39,975 bases of DNA, taken from positions 62,001 through 101,975 of the forward strand of contig NZ_LSUQ01000006.1 in the NCBI RefSeq assembly GCF_001642725.1, in the 5' to 3' direction. This stretch comes from Ferroacidibacillus organovorans (GTDB lineage: Bacteria > Bacillota > Bacilli > Alicyclobacillales > SLC66). Position 1 is the first letter of the stretch. Every line of letters starts with the position of its first letter. A program made the translations under genes and the position numbers. Shown here piece after piece: positions 27,092 to 36,566 of the stretch. Below the pieces are notes generated by a model. The model did no database searches. It was not told where the DNA came from and saw nothing but the letters and a program-made list of their open reading frames with translations.

Positions 27092-27651
27092 CCCTGCACC
27101 CCTTCCTTCCATTCGTCCATTCGTGCGCGCAGTGCCAAAAGCGCGCGGTGTAACCGCGTTTTCACTGTCCCGATCGGCAGTGACAGGATGCGTGCGACTT
27201 CCGTCAGTGTAAACCCTTCGAAATAGGTTAAACGCACAACCTCGTAATCTTCTTGGCGCAGGTGCGCTAGCGCGTGTGCGAGATCACTGCGCAAATCATA
27301 GGCGTCCACTTCCGAAGTGTGGGCTTTCAATGCATCGCGCGACAAGCGGTCGCTGTAGATCGTTTCGGAAGCAGGGAAGTCATTCACGCGCATTCTTCGA
27401 CGCAATGCATCGATCGTCACGTTTCTGGCAACCGTTGTGATCCAGTGGTAAAAGAGTCCGCGCGTTGGATCGTACGATGTTGTCATCCAAATCTTCGTGA
27501 AGACTTCCTGGACAATCTCTTCGGCAAGCGCAGACTCCCGGGTCATCCGCAGTGCAATGCCGCGCACTCTCGGCGCGTACCGATCGTACAAGACGCTGAG
27601 CGCGTCCGGATCGCCCGTTTTGATGCGTTGCCACAGCTCTTCATCGGGCAT
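27088..27651 (-). CDS. ECF RNA polymerase sigma factor
   Basis: DALSVLYDRY, AEEIVQEVF..IW, YDPTRG, YFEGFT..EVA..LSLPIGTVKTRLHRAL. Confidence 0.93.
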   Translation of the reverse strand: MPDEELWQRIKTGDPDALSVLYDRYAPRVRGIALRMTRESALAEEIVQEVFTKIWMTTSYDPTRGLFYHWITTVARNVTIDALRRRMRVNDFPASETIYSDRLSRDALKAHTSEVDAYDLRSDLAHALAHLRQEDYEVVRLTYFEGFTLTEVARILSLPIGTVKTRLHRALLALRARMDEWKEGVQG

Positions 27652-27813
27652 AAACCCAGCTCCTCTTTAATGAGCTCCTGAGAATGGATAGGATTTCAGG
27701 GTTATCGCGTTGGATTGTCTATCGTTGTTTGAATTCATAGGATACAATTGCCATAGTATCCTACTGGTGATCGAAAGCAAGTCACGAATCGAAAATGTAT
27801 GAGGAGGATTGTG

Positions 27814-28326
27814 ATGCGCATCCGTCCGCTGTCTGATGAATATCCAGAGTACTATGGAAGGTATATCCACTTGGTTCCTGATGGAGAGATTGAAGAGACG
27901 CTTCGCACGCAACAGACGGAGATGATGCACCTGATAAGACAGGTGGTCGAGGAGACGGCTGAGCACTCCTACGCGGCAGGAAAGTGGACCCTGAAAGAGG
28001 TGATCGGGCATCTCGCCGACACGGAGCGGGTGATGTCCTACAGGATGCTCGCCATAGGGCGCGGAGAACGTGCGCCGCTTCCCGTGTTCGATCAGGATGC
28101 GTATGTCGCGGCGGCAACGTTCAACGCATTCCCACTCGCTCGGCTGCTTGATGATTTTGAGGCGGTTCGCGTCGCGACGATCAGCCTCGCAACCACACTG
28201 GATGAGGCGGCGTGGATCAGGCGCGGCACGGTGGGAGAAAACGTTGTGTCGGCGCGCGCGCTTGCGTATATCATCGCGGGCCATGAGCGCCATCACTTTA
28301 CTGTGTTGCGGGACAAATACTTGTGA
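27814..28326 (+). CDS. DinB-family protein
   Basis: YAAGKWTLKEVIGHLADTERV, FDQDAY, IAGHERHH; SD GAGGAGG. Confidence 0.9.
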   Translation: MRIRPLSDEYPEYYGRYIHLVPDGEIEETLRTQQTEMMHLIRQVVEETAEHSYAAGKWTLKEVIGHLADTERVMSYRMLAIGRGERAPLPVFDQDAYVAAATFNAFPLARLLDDFEAVRVATISLATTLDEAAWIRRGTVGENVVSARALAYIIAGHERHHFTVLRDKYL

Positions 28327-28366
28327 GTTTGTGACCGGATTTTCGCTAAAATTAGGAGGTGCACGA

Positions 28367-28852
28367 ATGCAAGTGATTCCAGCGGCAGTGGGGCAGTCGG
28401 ACGGACTTCTCGTGTTTTGGGATGACCAACCAGAACTCGGTCTGCTCTTTCCGCGGTCTGCAGAAGTGGTCGCAGACGTGCGCTTTGGTGCGGGACGGTT
28501 AGATTCCAACGATTGTTTGATTCTCTACTTGTTCATCGGGGAGCAAACGGTGGAATTGTATCTGCCGGAAATGCTCCCGACGCGCTTTGACCAGACGGCA
28601 GCCGTTTGGGTCCTGCTTTGCGCGTGGGATCCTCAGGCGTTAAAAATCCGCTACGGTGAAACGCCGGGTGACCGCTCGAAAGAGTCGATGCTGCTCTTAC
28701 CTAAGCTTGAGGGAGAGCGGTTGCTTGATCGCTTGCGCCAGTTTGTCGCGCAGTCAAAAGGCCAGGCGGAGTCTGACGTGTCAGGTGACGCCGCGCCAGA
28801 GTGGATCGACCGTTTGCAGGAATTGCTAAGTGAAATTGAACATCGTCGTTAG
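28367..28852 (+). CDS. Hypothetical protein (161 aa)
   Basis: Strong SD AGGAGGT before ATG 28367; ends 11 bp before lysR; the longer ORF-track start overlaps DinB and was rejected. Confidence 0.7.
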   Translation: MQVIPAAVGQSDGLLVFWDDQPELGLLFPRSAEVVADVRFGAGRLDSNDCLILYLFIGEQTVELYLPEMLPTRFDQTAAVWVLLCAWDPQALKIRYGETPGDRSKESMLLLPKLEGERLLDRLRQFVAQSKGQAESDVSGDAAPEWIDRLQELLSEIEHRR

Positions 28853-28863
28853 ACGCGCGGGGG

Positions 28864-29763
28864 ATGATCGGGATGCATTTGGAGAGTCACGAAGTATTCT
28901 GTGCGGTCGTCGAGTATGGAAGCGTAACCAAAGCGGCGATTGCGCTGCATATGACGCAATCGACCGCCAGTCGCCATCTCCAGGCACTCGAAGATGAGTA
29001 TGGCGGGCTGCTATGTGAACGGAGCGCGCTGGGTCTTACGCTGACGCCATTGGGGCGTGCGCTCTATCCTTATTCGTGTGACCTCGTAAACTGTCACGCC
29101 CGCTCCAAGGAGGAACTCTTGCGGTTGCGCCAGGAAGGTGGAGATATCGCGGTGGGCGCAACGCAGTCGATTGGCGAATATCTCTTGCCAAGGATTCTTG
29201 GCAGGGTGCGAAAGCAGCATCCGCACGCGAACATCCGCATGCGCATCTCAAACACCGCAGGGATTCTCGAGGATCTTCAACGCCATCGCATCGACATCGC
29301 ACTCGTGGAAGGTGTGGTTCATCAGCCGGGGGATCTCCAAGTGACCCGCTGGCGAACCGATGAGTTGGTGCTGGTCTGTGGACACGATCATCCGTTTGCC
29401 ACGCTTGACGCGATTGTCCTGCAAGATCTTATCGGTCAGCCGCTTTTGATGCGGGAAGAGGGGTCGGGTACGCGTGAAGTAACAGAGGTTGCTCTGGAAA
29501 ACGTGGGACTCTTGTCCTCGCTTTCAGTCGCGATGGAACTCGGGAGCATTCAGGCGATCAAGTCGGCCATTGAAGCCGGATTGGGGATTGCCTTTCTTTC
29601 CAAATTAACGATTGAAGAAGAGTGTGCGAGTCGGCGGCTAAGGGTTCTTCCCATTCGCGACTTTCGTGTCACTCGGCATCTTTCAATTGTGGAGCGGCCT
29701 GAGCGGTACGCCAAGTGGATCGTCAAATCCTTTCTTCATTTCCTCCAGAGTGCGACAGCCTGA
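28864..29763 (+). CDS. LysR-family transcriptional regulator (CysL-like)
   Basis: HTH SVTKAA..LHMTQST.SRH...LEDEYG; TQSIGEYLLP, REEGSGTR, ELGSIQAIKSAIEAGLG. Confidence 0.93.
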   Translation: MIGMHLESHEVFCAVVEYGSVTKAAIALHMTQSTASRHLQALEDEYGGLLCERSALGLTLTPLGRALYPYSCDLVNCHARSKEELLRLRQEGGDIAVGATQSIGEYLLPRILGRVRKQHPHANIRMRISNTAGILEDLQRHRIDIALVEGVVHQPGDLQVTRWRTDELVLVCGHDHPFATLDAIVLQDLIGQPLLMREEGSGTREVTEVALENVGLLSSLSVAMELGSIQAIKSAIEAGLGIAFLSKLTIEEECASRRLRVLPIRDFRVTRHLSIVERPERYAKWIVKSFLHFLQSATA

Positions 29764-29771
29764 ATACCCTC

Positions 29772-29816
29772 ATGCAATCTTTGCATTACCCCGACGTCTC
29801 CCTTCGATGATACGCT
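29772..29816 (+). promoter_or_regulatory. LysR box and extended -10 upstream of the molybdoenzyme operon
   Basis: Palindrome ATGCAA-TCT-TTGCAT (29772-29786, T-N11-A); TGATACGCT at 29808-29816. Confidence 0.6.
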
Positions 29817-29855
29817 GAACAAAGATTCAGCGCATGATTGAAAGGGGGCGCGCAC

Positions 29856-31412
29856 GTGTTGGATGAGCGTGAAGTGACCCTGCCGAAGGAGCTTCCGATT
29901 CGGTGGGGGAAAGTGATCAATCAAGATACGTGCATTGGGTGTCACGCGTGTTCTGTGGCGTGCAAGATGGAGCATGATGTACCGCTTAGTGTCAATCGCA
30001 CCTATGTCAAACAAGTGGAAGTCGGCGTTTACCCGGAGGTCAGCCGACAGTTTCAAATCACCCGCTGCAATCAATGCGAGGACGCACCGTGTGTCCCCAT
30101 CTGTCCCGTGACGGCGATGTTTAAGCGTTCGGATGGCATCGTCGATTTTGATCGCGACGTCTGCATCGGTTGCAAAGCGTGCATGGCGGCGTGTCCCTAT
30201 GACGCGATTTATATAAACCCAGAAGTGCACAGCGCAGAAAAGTGCAATTTTTGCGCGCACCGGATTGATCAAGGCATGGAGCCCGCCTGTGTCGTCGTTT
30301 GTCCCGTGGAGTCGATTGTCGTCGGAAACTTGAACGATCCTGAAAGCGAAGTGGTGCAACTGATCGCGCGCGGCAAGGCGGACGTTCGCAAGCCGGAGAA
30401 AGGCACTCAACCCAAGGTGTTTTATGTCGGAGCCAGTGACTATACGCTCAACCCCTCGAAATCATCCTACGAAGGATCGCACCTCTATTCGCAAGAAAAA
30501 GAAGGATACCCGGTGCACGCGCGAAAATCGCAGAAGGCAAAGCATAGTGTCGCCGCGGCCCGCCTCGCTTACGACGTTCCTCACAGCGCGCCGTGGCACT
30601 GGGAAGTTTCGCTCTATACGTGGACCAAATCGATCGCGGCAGGCGTCTTTCTCATGTTCGCCATCCTCACCTTTGCCGGTCAATCTTTACGTTCATCCTG
30701 GGGACTCGCGTCTTCGTTGACCGGTCTCGTATTCTTAGGGATCACCGGTGTACTTTTGATCGCGGACCTTGAGCATCCCATGCGATTCATCCGCATTTTT
30801 ACGCGCCCGCAGTGGAAGTCCTGGCTGGTGCGCGGTTCGTTTATCATCGCCTTGTACGGGCTTGTCCTGCTGGCACAGCTGGTTGCCAGTTTGCTTGGTC
30901 ACACGGGGCTGAACCTCGCGCTCTCGATTCCAGGCGCCTTGCTTGGCGCACTGACTGCGATGTACACCGCCTTTTTGTTTGCGCAGGCAAAGGGGCGCGA
31001 CCTGTGGCAGAATCCCGCGTTGCCGCTTCATCTTCTCTCTCAGGCCATTCTCGCAGGCGCCGCATGCTTCTCGATCGGCGGTCTATGGCTCCCGCTGTCC
31101 CATGCGGCGCTGCAGATTGTTCATCTCACGCTGCTCGTTGCGATCGCGTTTCACACGGTTCTGATCTTGAGTGAGATGGTGATCCCGCACACCATCGCGA
31201 GCGCGAAAGACGCAGCGCATCAGATGATCTACGGTGCGTACAGAGGATTCTTCTGGACGGGATTGATCGGTGGCGCACTGCTTCCGCTCGTGCTGAGTCT
31301 TTTCGTGAGTTCGTGGGTCGCACTCGTCGCGGCGTCTGCACTGGCGCTCCTTGGACTGCTCGCCTACGAACACGCCTACGTGCAGGCGGGTCAGTCCATT
31401 CCGCTGAGCTGA
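29856..31412 (+). CDS. Fused four-cluster ferredoxin (DmsB/PsrB-like) and NrfD/PsrC membrane anchor
   Basis: CIGCHACSVAC, CNQCEDAPCVPICP, CIGCKACMAACP, CNFC..PACVVVCP, then about 8 TMs with DLEHPMRF and SWLVRG. Confidence 0.93.
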   Translation: MLDEREVTLPKELPIRWGKVINQDTCIGCHACSVACKMEHDVPLSVNRTYVKQVEVGVYPEVSRQFQITRCNQCEDAPCVPICPVTAMFKRSDGIVDFDRDVCIGCKACMAACPYDAIYINPEVHSAEKCNFCAHRIDQGMEPACVVVCPVESIVVGNLNDPESEVVQLIARGKADVRKPEKGTQPKVFYVGASDYTLNPSKSSYEGSHLYSQEKEGYPVHARKSQKAKHSVAAARLAYDVPHSAPWHWEVSLYTWTKSIAAGVFLMFAILTFAGQSLRSSWGLASSLTGLVFLGITGVLLIADLEHPMRFIRIFTRPQWKSWLVRGSFIIALYGLVLLAQLVASLLGHTGLNLALSIPGALLGALTAMYTAFLFAQAKGRDLWQNPALPLHLLSQAILAGAACFSIGGLWLPLSHAALQIVHLTLLVAIAFHTVLILSEMVIPHTIASAKDAAHQMIYGAYRGFFWTGLIGGALLPLVLSLFVSSWVALVAASALALLGLLAYEHAYVQAGQSIPLS

Positions 31413-31479
31413 CGCGCAATGAGGAGCGCCGGATGAGCCAGACATTTTGTTCATCCGGATTTTGATGGAGGGGATCGAA

Positions 31480-34473
31480 ATGAGCATTCAGGAGAAACAC
31501 GCGCAGCTCACGAAAGGGTTTGGGCATCTCCGCTCGCATCCAGAGCCTGCCCACTGGGACGATTGGTCGGAGCTTGACGCAAAAGCATGGCCGAAGCGCG
31601 AGACGCACCACTATGAATTGATTCCCACCGTCTGTTTTAACTGTGAAGCTGCCTGCGGATTGCTCGCCTACATTGACAAGGAGACGGGGGAAGTCAAGAA
31701 ACTGGAGGGTCATCCACTCCATCCGGCGAGCCGCGGCCGCAACTGCGCCAAAGGTCCCGCGACGGTCAGCCAGATGACCAATCCGGAGCGCATTCTCTAT
31801 CCGCAAAAACGGGTAGGGGAGCGTGGCGATGGCAAGTGGGTGCGCGTGACGTGGGATGAGGCGCTCGACGATCTTGCGGGCCGCATTCGCGCGAGCCTGA
31901 CGGAGGGGCGCAAAGACGAGATCGTGTACCACGTCGGGCGTCCGGGGGAGGATGAGTATACGGAACGGGTGCTCAAGGCGTGGGGGATCGACGGGTTGTC
32001 GAGCCACACTAACGTCTGCTCTTCCGGCGGGCGCACAGGGTACGCCTTTTGGATGGGGATGGACCGTCCGTCGCCGGATTATGCCAACGCCCGGTTCATC
32101 CTGATGATGAGCGCGCACCTCGAGTCTGGTCACTACTTCAATCCGAACGCGCAACGGATCATCGAGGCGCAGCAAAAGGGAACGAAGATTGCGGTGATCG
32201 ACACGCGGCTTTCAAACACGGCATCGAAAGCGGACTACTGGGTTTCGCCGTGGCCCGGGACCGAGGCGGCGCTGCTTCTGGCAATGGCCAATGGATTGTT
32301 GCAGAGTGACCGCTTCAATCGCGAGTTTGTGGAGCAGTGGGTCAACTGGCGAGAATTTCTCGCGGATCGGCAGTATCTCAATGACTTGAAGATGCGCGGA
32401 TTTCTGACGGAGATCCCGTCGACGCAAACGTTTGCCGATTTTGTCACCGTATTGAAAAATCTGTACCGTCACTACACGCCAGAGTGGGCGGCGGAAGAAG
32501 CGGGCGTATCTGCGGCGATGATTCGCCAGATTACGGATGAAATCGCGCGCGCGGGAACGGCCTTCTCCAGCAACATCTGGCGCAATGCCGCGGCGGGCCA
32601 TCGCGGCGGCTGGATGATCACGCGCTGTTTGATGTTTCTGAATGTGTTGATGGGAGCGGTGGGGGAGCCTGGCAGCATGATCCCCAACGCATGGGTCAAG
32701 TTCGTGCCTGCGCGCAACTCGGCGCCGGCGCCCATTCGCGAGTGGAATGAAAACCACTGGCCGCGCGAGTTTCCGCTCTCGTATTTCGAGATGAGCTTTT
32801 GTTTGCCGCACATTTTAAAGAAGCGAGACAAACGTCTTGAGGTGTATTTCACGCGCGTCATGAATCCGGTGTGGACATTTCCCGACGGGTTCTCGTGGAT
32901 CGAAATGTTTAAGGAAAAGGATCGCGTCGGCTGTCACGTGACACTTTCGCCGGTGTGGTCGGAGACCTCCCAGTTCTCGGACTATGTGTTGCCGATGGGA
33001 CTTGGGACGGAGCGGCACGATCTGCACAGTTACGAGACGCACGCGTCGCAGTGGATTGGTTTTCGGCAACCGGTCGCGCGCGTGTCAAAAGAGCGCAAAG
33101 GGGAGCGCGTCGCAGACACGCGGGATACAAACCCTGGCGAGGTGTGGGAAGAAAACGAGTTTTGGATTGAACTGTCGTGGCGCATTGACCCAGACGGGAG
33201 TCTTGGCATCCGCCAACACTTTGAGTCGCCATACCGCCCTGGGGAAAAGATCACGGTGCTTGAGTATTATCAGTGGATCTTTGAGAATTCAGTTCCCGGA
33301 CTCCCCGCGGCGGCCGCGGCGGAAGGGATGACACCGCTTCAATACATGCAGCGCTACGCTGCATTTGAAATCACTAGCGATGTGTACGCGGTGCACAAAA
33401 AGCCGGTGGATGAAAAAGTACTCGAACACGCGGTGCTGGTGCCTGAACCTTCGTCTGATCGAATACTTGTTGATCAAGAGCCTGGCGTATGGGTTGATCA
33501 GTTGCCGCGCTCGGCCAATCACGCACCCTTACCGGGGCCGTTCAAGAATGCCCATGGGAAGCTGCGGGCGGGCGTCATGGTGAATGGCCGGGCTGTCAAA
33601 GGGTTCCCGACGCCATCCGGGAAGCTGGAGTTTTTCTCGACGACGTTGCGCGACTGGGGATGGCCTGAATACGCGATTCCGATCTATCCGCGCAATGAGC
33701 GGGAGCGCGAATCGATGGTGCACATCGTGAGTCAGGTTCACCATAAAACGATCGATCCGTCACAAGGTGAGTACATGTTGTTGCCGACGTTCCGGTTGCC
33801 AATGCTCATTCACTCGCGAACGAACGGGGCGAAGTGGCTGCATGAGATCGCGCATACGAATCCGGTGTGGATCAACCCGAAAGATGCAAAAAGACTCGGC
33901 GTGACCACAGGGGATGAACTCAAGATCTCGACGGAGATCGGGTCGCTCGTCGACAAGGTCTGGGTGACGGAGGGGATTAAACCGGGGGTGATTGCCTGTT
34001 CGCATCATCTCGGCCGCTGGCGATTACACGAAGAGACCGGGAGTGATCGGTGGAACTCGTCGCTCGTGAAAATGGAGCAGGGGTCTGCTGGGACGTGGCA
34101 GATCAAGCAGATTCACGGTCCACAACCGTTTGCGAGTTCAGACCCCGACTCGGAGCGAATTTGGTGGACAGACGGCGGGGTGCATCAGAATATCATTTTC
34201 CCTGTGCAGCCCGACCCGATCAGCGGCATGATGTGCTGGCATCAGCGTATTCGCGTCGAAAAAGTGGCGAACGGGACGCGCTATGGGGAGATCGAAGTGG
34301 ATACTGAGAAAGCGTATCAGGTGTTTGAGAAGTGGCTGACCCTTACACGCCCGGCGCCGGGGCCGGGAGGACTTTACCGCCCGTACTGGATGTTGCGGGT
34401 ACTGAAGCCTCACCCCGACGCGTACATCGTGCCACAAGAGCAAAAGGGAATGCGCGACGTGAACGAAGCTTGA
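31480..34473 (+). CDS. Molybdopterin (DMSO-reductase superfamily) catalytic subunit, Psr/Phs/Arr/Ttr-like, no Tat leader
   Basis: FS0 motif CFNCEAAC...C, R(I)LYPQKR.GERGDGKW..VTWDEAL, HTNVCS, ADYW..P.PGTE, FPTPSGKLEF, VWINPKDA..LG; ATG 31480 after SD GGAGG. Confidence 0.93.
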   Translation: MSIQEKHAQLTKGFGHLRSHPEPAHWDDWSELDAKAWPKRETHHYELIPTVCFNCEAACGLLAYIDKETGEVKKLEGHPLHPASRGRNCAKGPATVSQMTNPERILYPQKRVGERGDGKWVRVTWDEALDDLAGRIRASLTEGRKDEIVYHVGRPGEDEYTERVLKAWGIDGLSSHTNVCSSGGRTGYAFWMGMDRPSPDYANARFILMMSAHLESGHYFNPNAQRIIEAQQKGTKIAVIDTRLSNTASKADYWVSPWPGTEAALLLAMANGLLQSDRFNREFVEQWVNWREFLADRQYLNDLKMRGFLTEIPSTQTFADFVTVLKNLYRHYTPEWAAEEAGVSAAMIRQITDEIARAGTAFSSNIWRNAAAGHRGGWMITRCLMFLNVLMGAVGEPGSMIPNAWVKFVPARNSAPAPIREWNENHWPREFPLSYFEMSFCLPHILKKRDKRLEVYFTRVMNPVWTFPDGFSWIEMFKEKDRVGCHVTLSPVWSETSQFSDYVLPMGLGTERHDLHSYETHASQWIGFRQPVARVSKERKGERVADTRDTNPGEVWEENEFWIELSWRIDPDGSLGIRQHFESPYRPGEKITVLEYYQWIFENSVPGLPAAAAAEGMTPLQYMQRYAAFEITSDVYAVHKKPVDEKVLEHAVLVPEPSSDRILVDQEPGVWVDQLPRSANHAPLPGPFKNAHGKLRAGVMVNGRAVKGFPTPSGKLEFFSTTLRDWGWPEYAIPIYPRNERERESMVHIVSQVHHKTIDPSQGEYMLLPTFRLPMLIHSRTNGAKWLHEIAHTNPVWINPKDAKRLGVTTGDELKISTEIGSLVDKVWVTEGIKPGVIACSHHLGRWRLHEETGSDRWNSSLVKMEQGSAGTWQIKQIHGPQPFASSDPDSERIWWTDGGVHQNIIFPVQPDPISGMMCWHQRIRVEKVANGTRYGEIEVDTEKAYQVFEKWLTLTRPAPGPGGLYRPYWMLRVLKPHPDAYIVPQEQKGMRDVNEA

Positions 34474-34480
34474 AAATACG

Positions 34481-34517
34481 ATCACACAGGTTGTCACTGC
34501 CTGTGTGATTCGTTTTT
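34481..34517. terminator. Terminator between molybdoenzyme gene and nadA
   Basis: ATCACACAGG / CCTGTGTGAT stem followed by TCGTTTTT. Confidence 0.75.
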
Positions 34518-34530
34518 GTGTGGCGACACG

Positions 34531-35493
34531 TTAGGAGCCGATGGCGATCATGCGGTCGATGGGCGTTTTCGCGCGCGCGCGGATTTCGCTTGGCACCTCA
34601 ATCACGTGGTTCATCTCCTGGAGTGCTTCAAGCACATTGTGGAGCGTGATTTTTTTCATGAAGGGACAAACCGCGTGTGGATTGGCCGCGATGAACTTCT
34701 TGCCAGGATTGGCTTTTTCCATCTGATGAAGGATCCCGGTTTCTGTCGCTACGATAAACGTGTTCGCTGAGGAAGCTTTTGCATAGTTGAGCATGCCGCC
34801 CGTTGAGAGAAGGTGCGTCTTGTCCTGCGGCAGGAGACCGTCAGCCAGCATGTACATGCTCGACGTTGAGCAGCCACACTCCGGGTGAATCAGCAGATCG
34901 GCGTCTGGGTATTCTCTTGCCACGCTGTTCACGTCGGTCGGCGTGATGCCTGCGTGTACGTGGCACTCGCCCATCCAGATGTGCATATTTTCGCGACCGG
35001 TGACGCGCTGAACATAGGAGCCGAGGAACATGTCGGGCAAAAAGAGGATCTCTTGATCTACTGGAATGGAGTGTACGACTTGCACCGCGTTTGAAGACGT
35101 GCAGCAATAGTCACTCTCTGCCTTGACTCCCGCTGATGTGTTCACATAAGAGACGACGACAGCTCCCGGATGCTCCGCTTTCCACGCTTTGAGTTGTTCG
35201 ACGTTGATGGAGTCTGCCAGTGAGCAACCGGCCTCGAGATCAGGGAGGAGAACCGTCTTTTCCGGGTTTAAGATCGCTGCCGTTTCCGCCATAAAATGGA
35301 CACCACAAAAGACGATCACGTCGGCGTCCGTTTTTGCGGCGGCGCGTGCGAGCGCGAGGGAGTCTCCGAGAACGTCGGCGATGTCTTGGATCTCTGGGAG
35401 TTCGTAATTGTGGGCGAGAATGACGGCGTTTCGCTTTTCTTTCCACAGGCGGATTTCTTGCTGGAGCACGGTGTCATGACGGAGTGCGGACAT
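34531..35493 (-). CDS. nadA: Quinolinate synthase
   Basis: ILAHNY, GDSL, FCGVHFMAE, AGCSLA, YVN, CHVH, HPEC, CPFMK. Confidence 0.97.
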   Translation of the reverse strand: MSALRHDTVLQQEIRLWKEKRNAVILAHNYELPEIQDIADVLGDSLALARAAAKTDADVIVFCGVHFMAETAAILNPEKTVLLPDLEAGCSLADSINVEQLKAWKAEHPGAVVVSYVNTSAGVKAESDYCCTSSNAVQVVHSIPVDQEILFLPDMFLGSYVQRVTGRENMHIWMGECHVHAGITPTDVNSVAREYPDADLLIHPECGCSTSSMYMLADGLLPQDKTHLLSTGGMLNYAKASSANTFIVATETGILHQMEKANPGKKFIAANPHAVCPFMKKITLHNVLEALQEMNHVIEVPSEIRARAKTPIDRMIAIGS

Positions 35494-35548
35494 GGCGAAT
35501 CCTCCCTTTCCCGGGATGTGCAGGCTGCTTCCATAAAAGGTCTTTTGT

Positions 35549-35687
35549 TCTGTATATACAGATGAACATACTATGATGAATAGATGACGTCAAGGGTTGC
35601 TTGATTGCTGTAGGAACTGAAGAGATGATGAAAGCGGTCTCGTTGATTTTGGCTGATTTAATTGTACAATCACGTGTATATACATGT
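35549..35687. promoter_or_regulatory. Two palindromic operators in the divergent nad promoter region
   Basis: TCTGTATATACAGA (35549-35562) and ACGTGTATATACATGT (35672-35687) share the core TGTATATACA. Confidence 0.7.
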
Positions 35688-35713
35688 ACGAATCATAGAA
35701 GGGAAGATGGATC

Positions 35714-36550
35714 GTGATCCTGGAATCGACACGCGAGCTCATTCGCTTGGCGCTCTCGGAGGACATTGGGCGCGGAGATTGTACGACGGAGGCGATCATT
35801 GATCGAAATCTCCAGGCTACGGCAACGGTGTATGTCAAACAGGCAGCAACACTCGCAGGACTCCCGCTCATTCAAGATGTGTTTGCGGCGCTTGATGCGC
35901 GCGTTACGGTTGTGCCTCTCGCAGAGGATGGACAAACCATCGCTGGAAAGACGGCTGTGTGCGGCTTGGAAGGTCCGGCGCGTTCGATTCTTACCGGTGA
36001 GCGCACGGCACTTAATTTTCTCGGGCGTCTCACAGGGATCGCGACACTTACGCGCCAAGCGGTCGCGCAATTGGAAGGAACGCGCGCAAAGCTGCTTGAC
36101 ACGCGAAAGACGACGCCAGGTTGGCGGATTCTTGAGAAGTACGCGGTGCGTATGGGCGGCGGGCATAATCACCGCTTTGGGCTCGATGATATGGTGCTGA
36201 TTAAAGATAATCACATCGCGCTGTGCGGGGGTGTCGCCCTGGCGGTCTCCCTTGCGCGCGCCCGTATTGGTTTGTCGCAAAAGATCGAAGTCGAAGTCGA
36301 CACGATGGAACAACTCGTCGAAGCGTTAGAAACGAGCGCGGATATGATCCTTCTTGACAACATGAATCAAGACCAGTTGCGCCAGGCTGTCCAGTGGTCG
36401 AAAGGTCGTGTTCCGCTTGAGGCTTCTGGCAATCTTACACTACAAACGATCGCAAGCGTTGCCGCAACGGGCGTGGACTACCTTTCGATGGGAGCACTCA
36501 CACATTCTGCGACAAGTGTCGACGTAGGGCTTGATATTGTCTTTTCTTGA
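35714..36550 (+). CDS. nadC: Nicotinate-nucleotide diphosphorylase (quinolinate phosphoribosyltransferase)
   Basis: EDIGRGD, ERTALN, DTRKTTPG, NHRFGL, IKDNH, EVEVD, LLDN, EASG. Confidence 0.97.
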   Translation: MILESTRELIRLALSEDIGRGDCTTEAIIDRNLQATATVYVKQAATLAGLPLIQDVFAALDARVTVVPLAEDGQTIAGKTAVCGLEGPARSILTGERTALNFLGRLTGIATLTRQAVAQLEGTRAKLLDTRKTTPGWRILEKYAVRMGGGHNHRFGLDDMVLIKDNHIALCGGVALAVSLARARIGLSQKIEVEVDTMEQLVEALETSADMILLDNMNQDQLRQAVQWSKGRVPLEASGNLTLQTIASVAATGVDYLSMGALTHSATSVDVGLDIVFS

Positions 36551-36566
36551 GTGAGGCGATGCTGGA

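Noticed and set aside
31480..34473. Selenocysteine-containing or formate dehydrogenase-type molybdoenzyme
   Set aside because: No in-frame TGA in the ORF; the active-site segment is HTNVCS rather than an FDH-type C/U-H motif.
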